Below the pieces are notes generated by a model. It was not told where the DNA came from. It saw nothing but the letters and a program-made list of their open reading frames with translations, and did not search any database. The translations under genes and the position numbers were made by a program. Positions 58,067 through 59,054 of a stretch of DNA of 59,054 nt are shown here, in pieces; within the stretch, counting starts at the first letter, position 1; the number at the start of each line of letters is the position of its first letter. The stretch comes from Hydrogenophaga sp. Lineage in GTDB: Bacteria > Pseudomonadota > Gammaproteobacteria > Burkholderiales > Burkholderiaceae_C. The stretch spans positions 1 to 59,054 of the forward strand of contig JBNKNN010000081.1 of NCBI GenBank assembly GCA_050293865.1, given 5' to 3'.

Positions 58067-58957
58067 TCAGAGTCTGTCTGCAGCATGCTTGGCGATAGGC
58101 ACGATGGCCTTCAGGTCGGCCTCGGTCGAAGCGCGGTTGCCTGGGTTGAGTGTGAGAATGGCATTGGTGCCGTTCTTGAATGTCTGGATCGACACCGCCT
58201 TGTCGGCAGGAGCGGTGCATGCGTAGGTTGCATACGACCCCTCAGAAACCTCCGGAAGGTCGACCACGGTGCATCCCTCTTGTGCCGAAGCACGCATGTT
58301 GCCGAAGGCCTGATCGCTCATGTCGCGATCGGTCATGAGAGTCAGGGCGGCAGAGCTGGGGGTGACCCAGGCCAGGCAATGGTTGGGCCCCAGACGATGT
58401 ACGGTGAGCTTTCCCTTGCCCAGAACGCGCTGTGCTTCCGCGGGCGAAAACCACTCACACTTGCCGTAGGACAGGTCCGCGGCAGATCGGCGCTCAAAAG
58501 CCAGTTGACCCAGCGACGCAATCGTGGCCCCCAGGTTATCGTCAGCAGCTTCCAGGCTGTGGGCGTAGTAGGTGAGAACCAGCAAGATGTCTTTGTCGAG
58601 AGCCACCAGATCCGTTTGCCCTGTGCTGCCATTGGTTCCCAAGAGAGACTGTTGCCCCAGCTTTGCTTGCCCCTGCAACATGTCAAAGCCCTCAGACATG
58701 GCGTTCTGGTAGGCTTTGAAAAGGCTTTTGGCCTCGGAGGCATTGGGCCGCTTGTGCACCTGCACTGTCAGCAGCCCGCCGTCCGGGATCAGCCAGCTGC
58801 ATATGCCTGAAGGGTCTGCTGAGACGAGTTCTGCCATGTCGCTGTCGAACGCCTCTACTACGGCCGAGGTTTCGAGCAAAGGGCAGCTCAGCTCAGCGTA
58901 GGCGGGCACGACCGAAAGGGCCGAGGCGGCACAGAACAAAAAGCGCTTGAGGTTCAT
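58067..58957 (-). CDS. exported protein with two internal repeat domains (DUF3558-like)
   Basis: Signal peptide; CPLL....V..AF...CSW and CEWF...EA..VLG...CLAW repeats. Confidence 0.7.
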   Translation of the reverse strand: MNLKRFLFCAASALSVVPAYAELSCPLLETSAVVEAFDSDMAELVSADPSGICSWLIPDGGLLTVQVHKRPNASEAKSLFKAYQNAMSEGFDMLQGQAKLGQQSLLGTNGSTGQTDLVALDKDILLVLTYYAHSLEAADDNLGATIASLGQLAFERRSAADLSYGKCEWFSPAEAQRVLGKGKLTVHRLGPNHCLAWVTPSSAALTLMTDRDMSDQAFGNMRASAQEGCTVVDLPEVSEGSYATYACTAPADKAVSIQTFKNGTNAILTLNPGNRASTEADLKAIVPIAKHAADRL

Positions 58958-59054
58958 TGTCGCTTGGTAGAAAGATGGATCGAGGAATGGATGGAGACTG
59001 GGCTTTGCAAAGATGCGATTACCGGCAAAGGCGTGTGCTGCCTCCCATAGGCGG

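Noticed and set aside
1-59054. CRISPR arrays, IS elements, prophage, rRNA/tRNA genes
   Set aside because: No regularly spaced repeats, transposase/integrase/phage ORFs or tRNA/rRNA signatures detected by inspection

Overview
GC-rich chromosomal window from a betaproteobacterium, most likely Comamonadaceae (Hydrogenophaga-like; inferred from gene order and protein style). The core is the origin-proximal mnmG-rsmG-(lysE)-parA-(hydrolase)-parB cluster with four parS sites, three of them embedded in coding sequence. It is flanked by housekeeping and metabolic genes (YceI pair, FAD-linked D-lactate-type oxidase, PduO adenosyltransferase, acetoacetate-CoA ligase, map), several two-component/ECF modules, a His-rich putative Ni/Co cluster, and many uncharacterised exported proteins and lipoproteins. 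I see no rRNA, tRNA, CRISPR, transposase, integrase or phage genes. The most notable candidates are: (i) a lipoprotein plus signal-less lytic transglycosylase pair with a divergent XVIPCD-like C-terminus (putative X-T4SS antibacterial effector/immunity pair); (ii) a palindromic REP-like element inserted in frame in the acetoacetate-CoA ligase gene, with an architecturally related free copy between parA and parB; (iii) an 867-aa exported Cys/Gly-rich HExxH protein of unknown family; (iv) a deletion scar joining the 5' ends of two convergent genes next to an orphan response regulator. Family assignments come from motif recognition only; no database searches were run.
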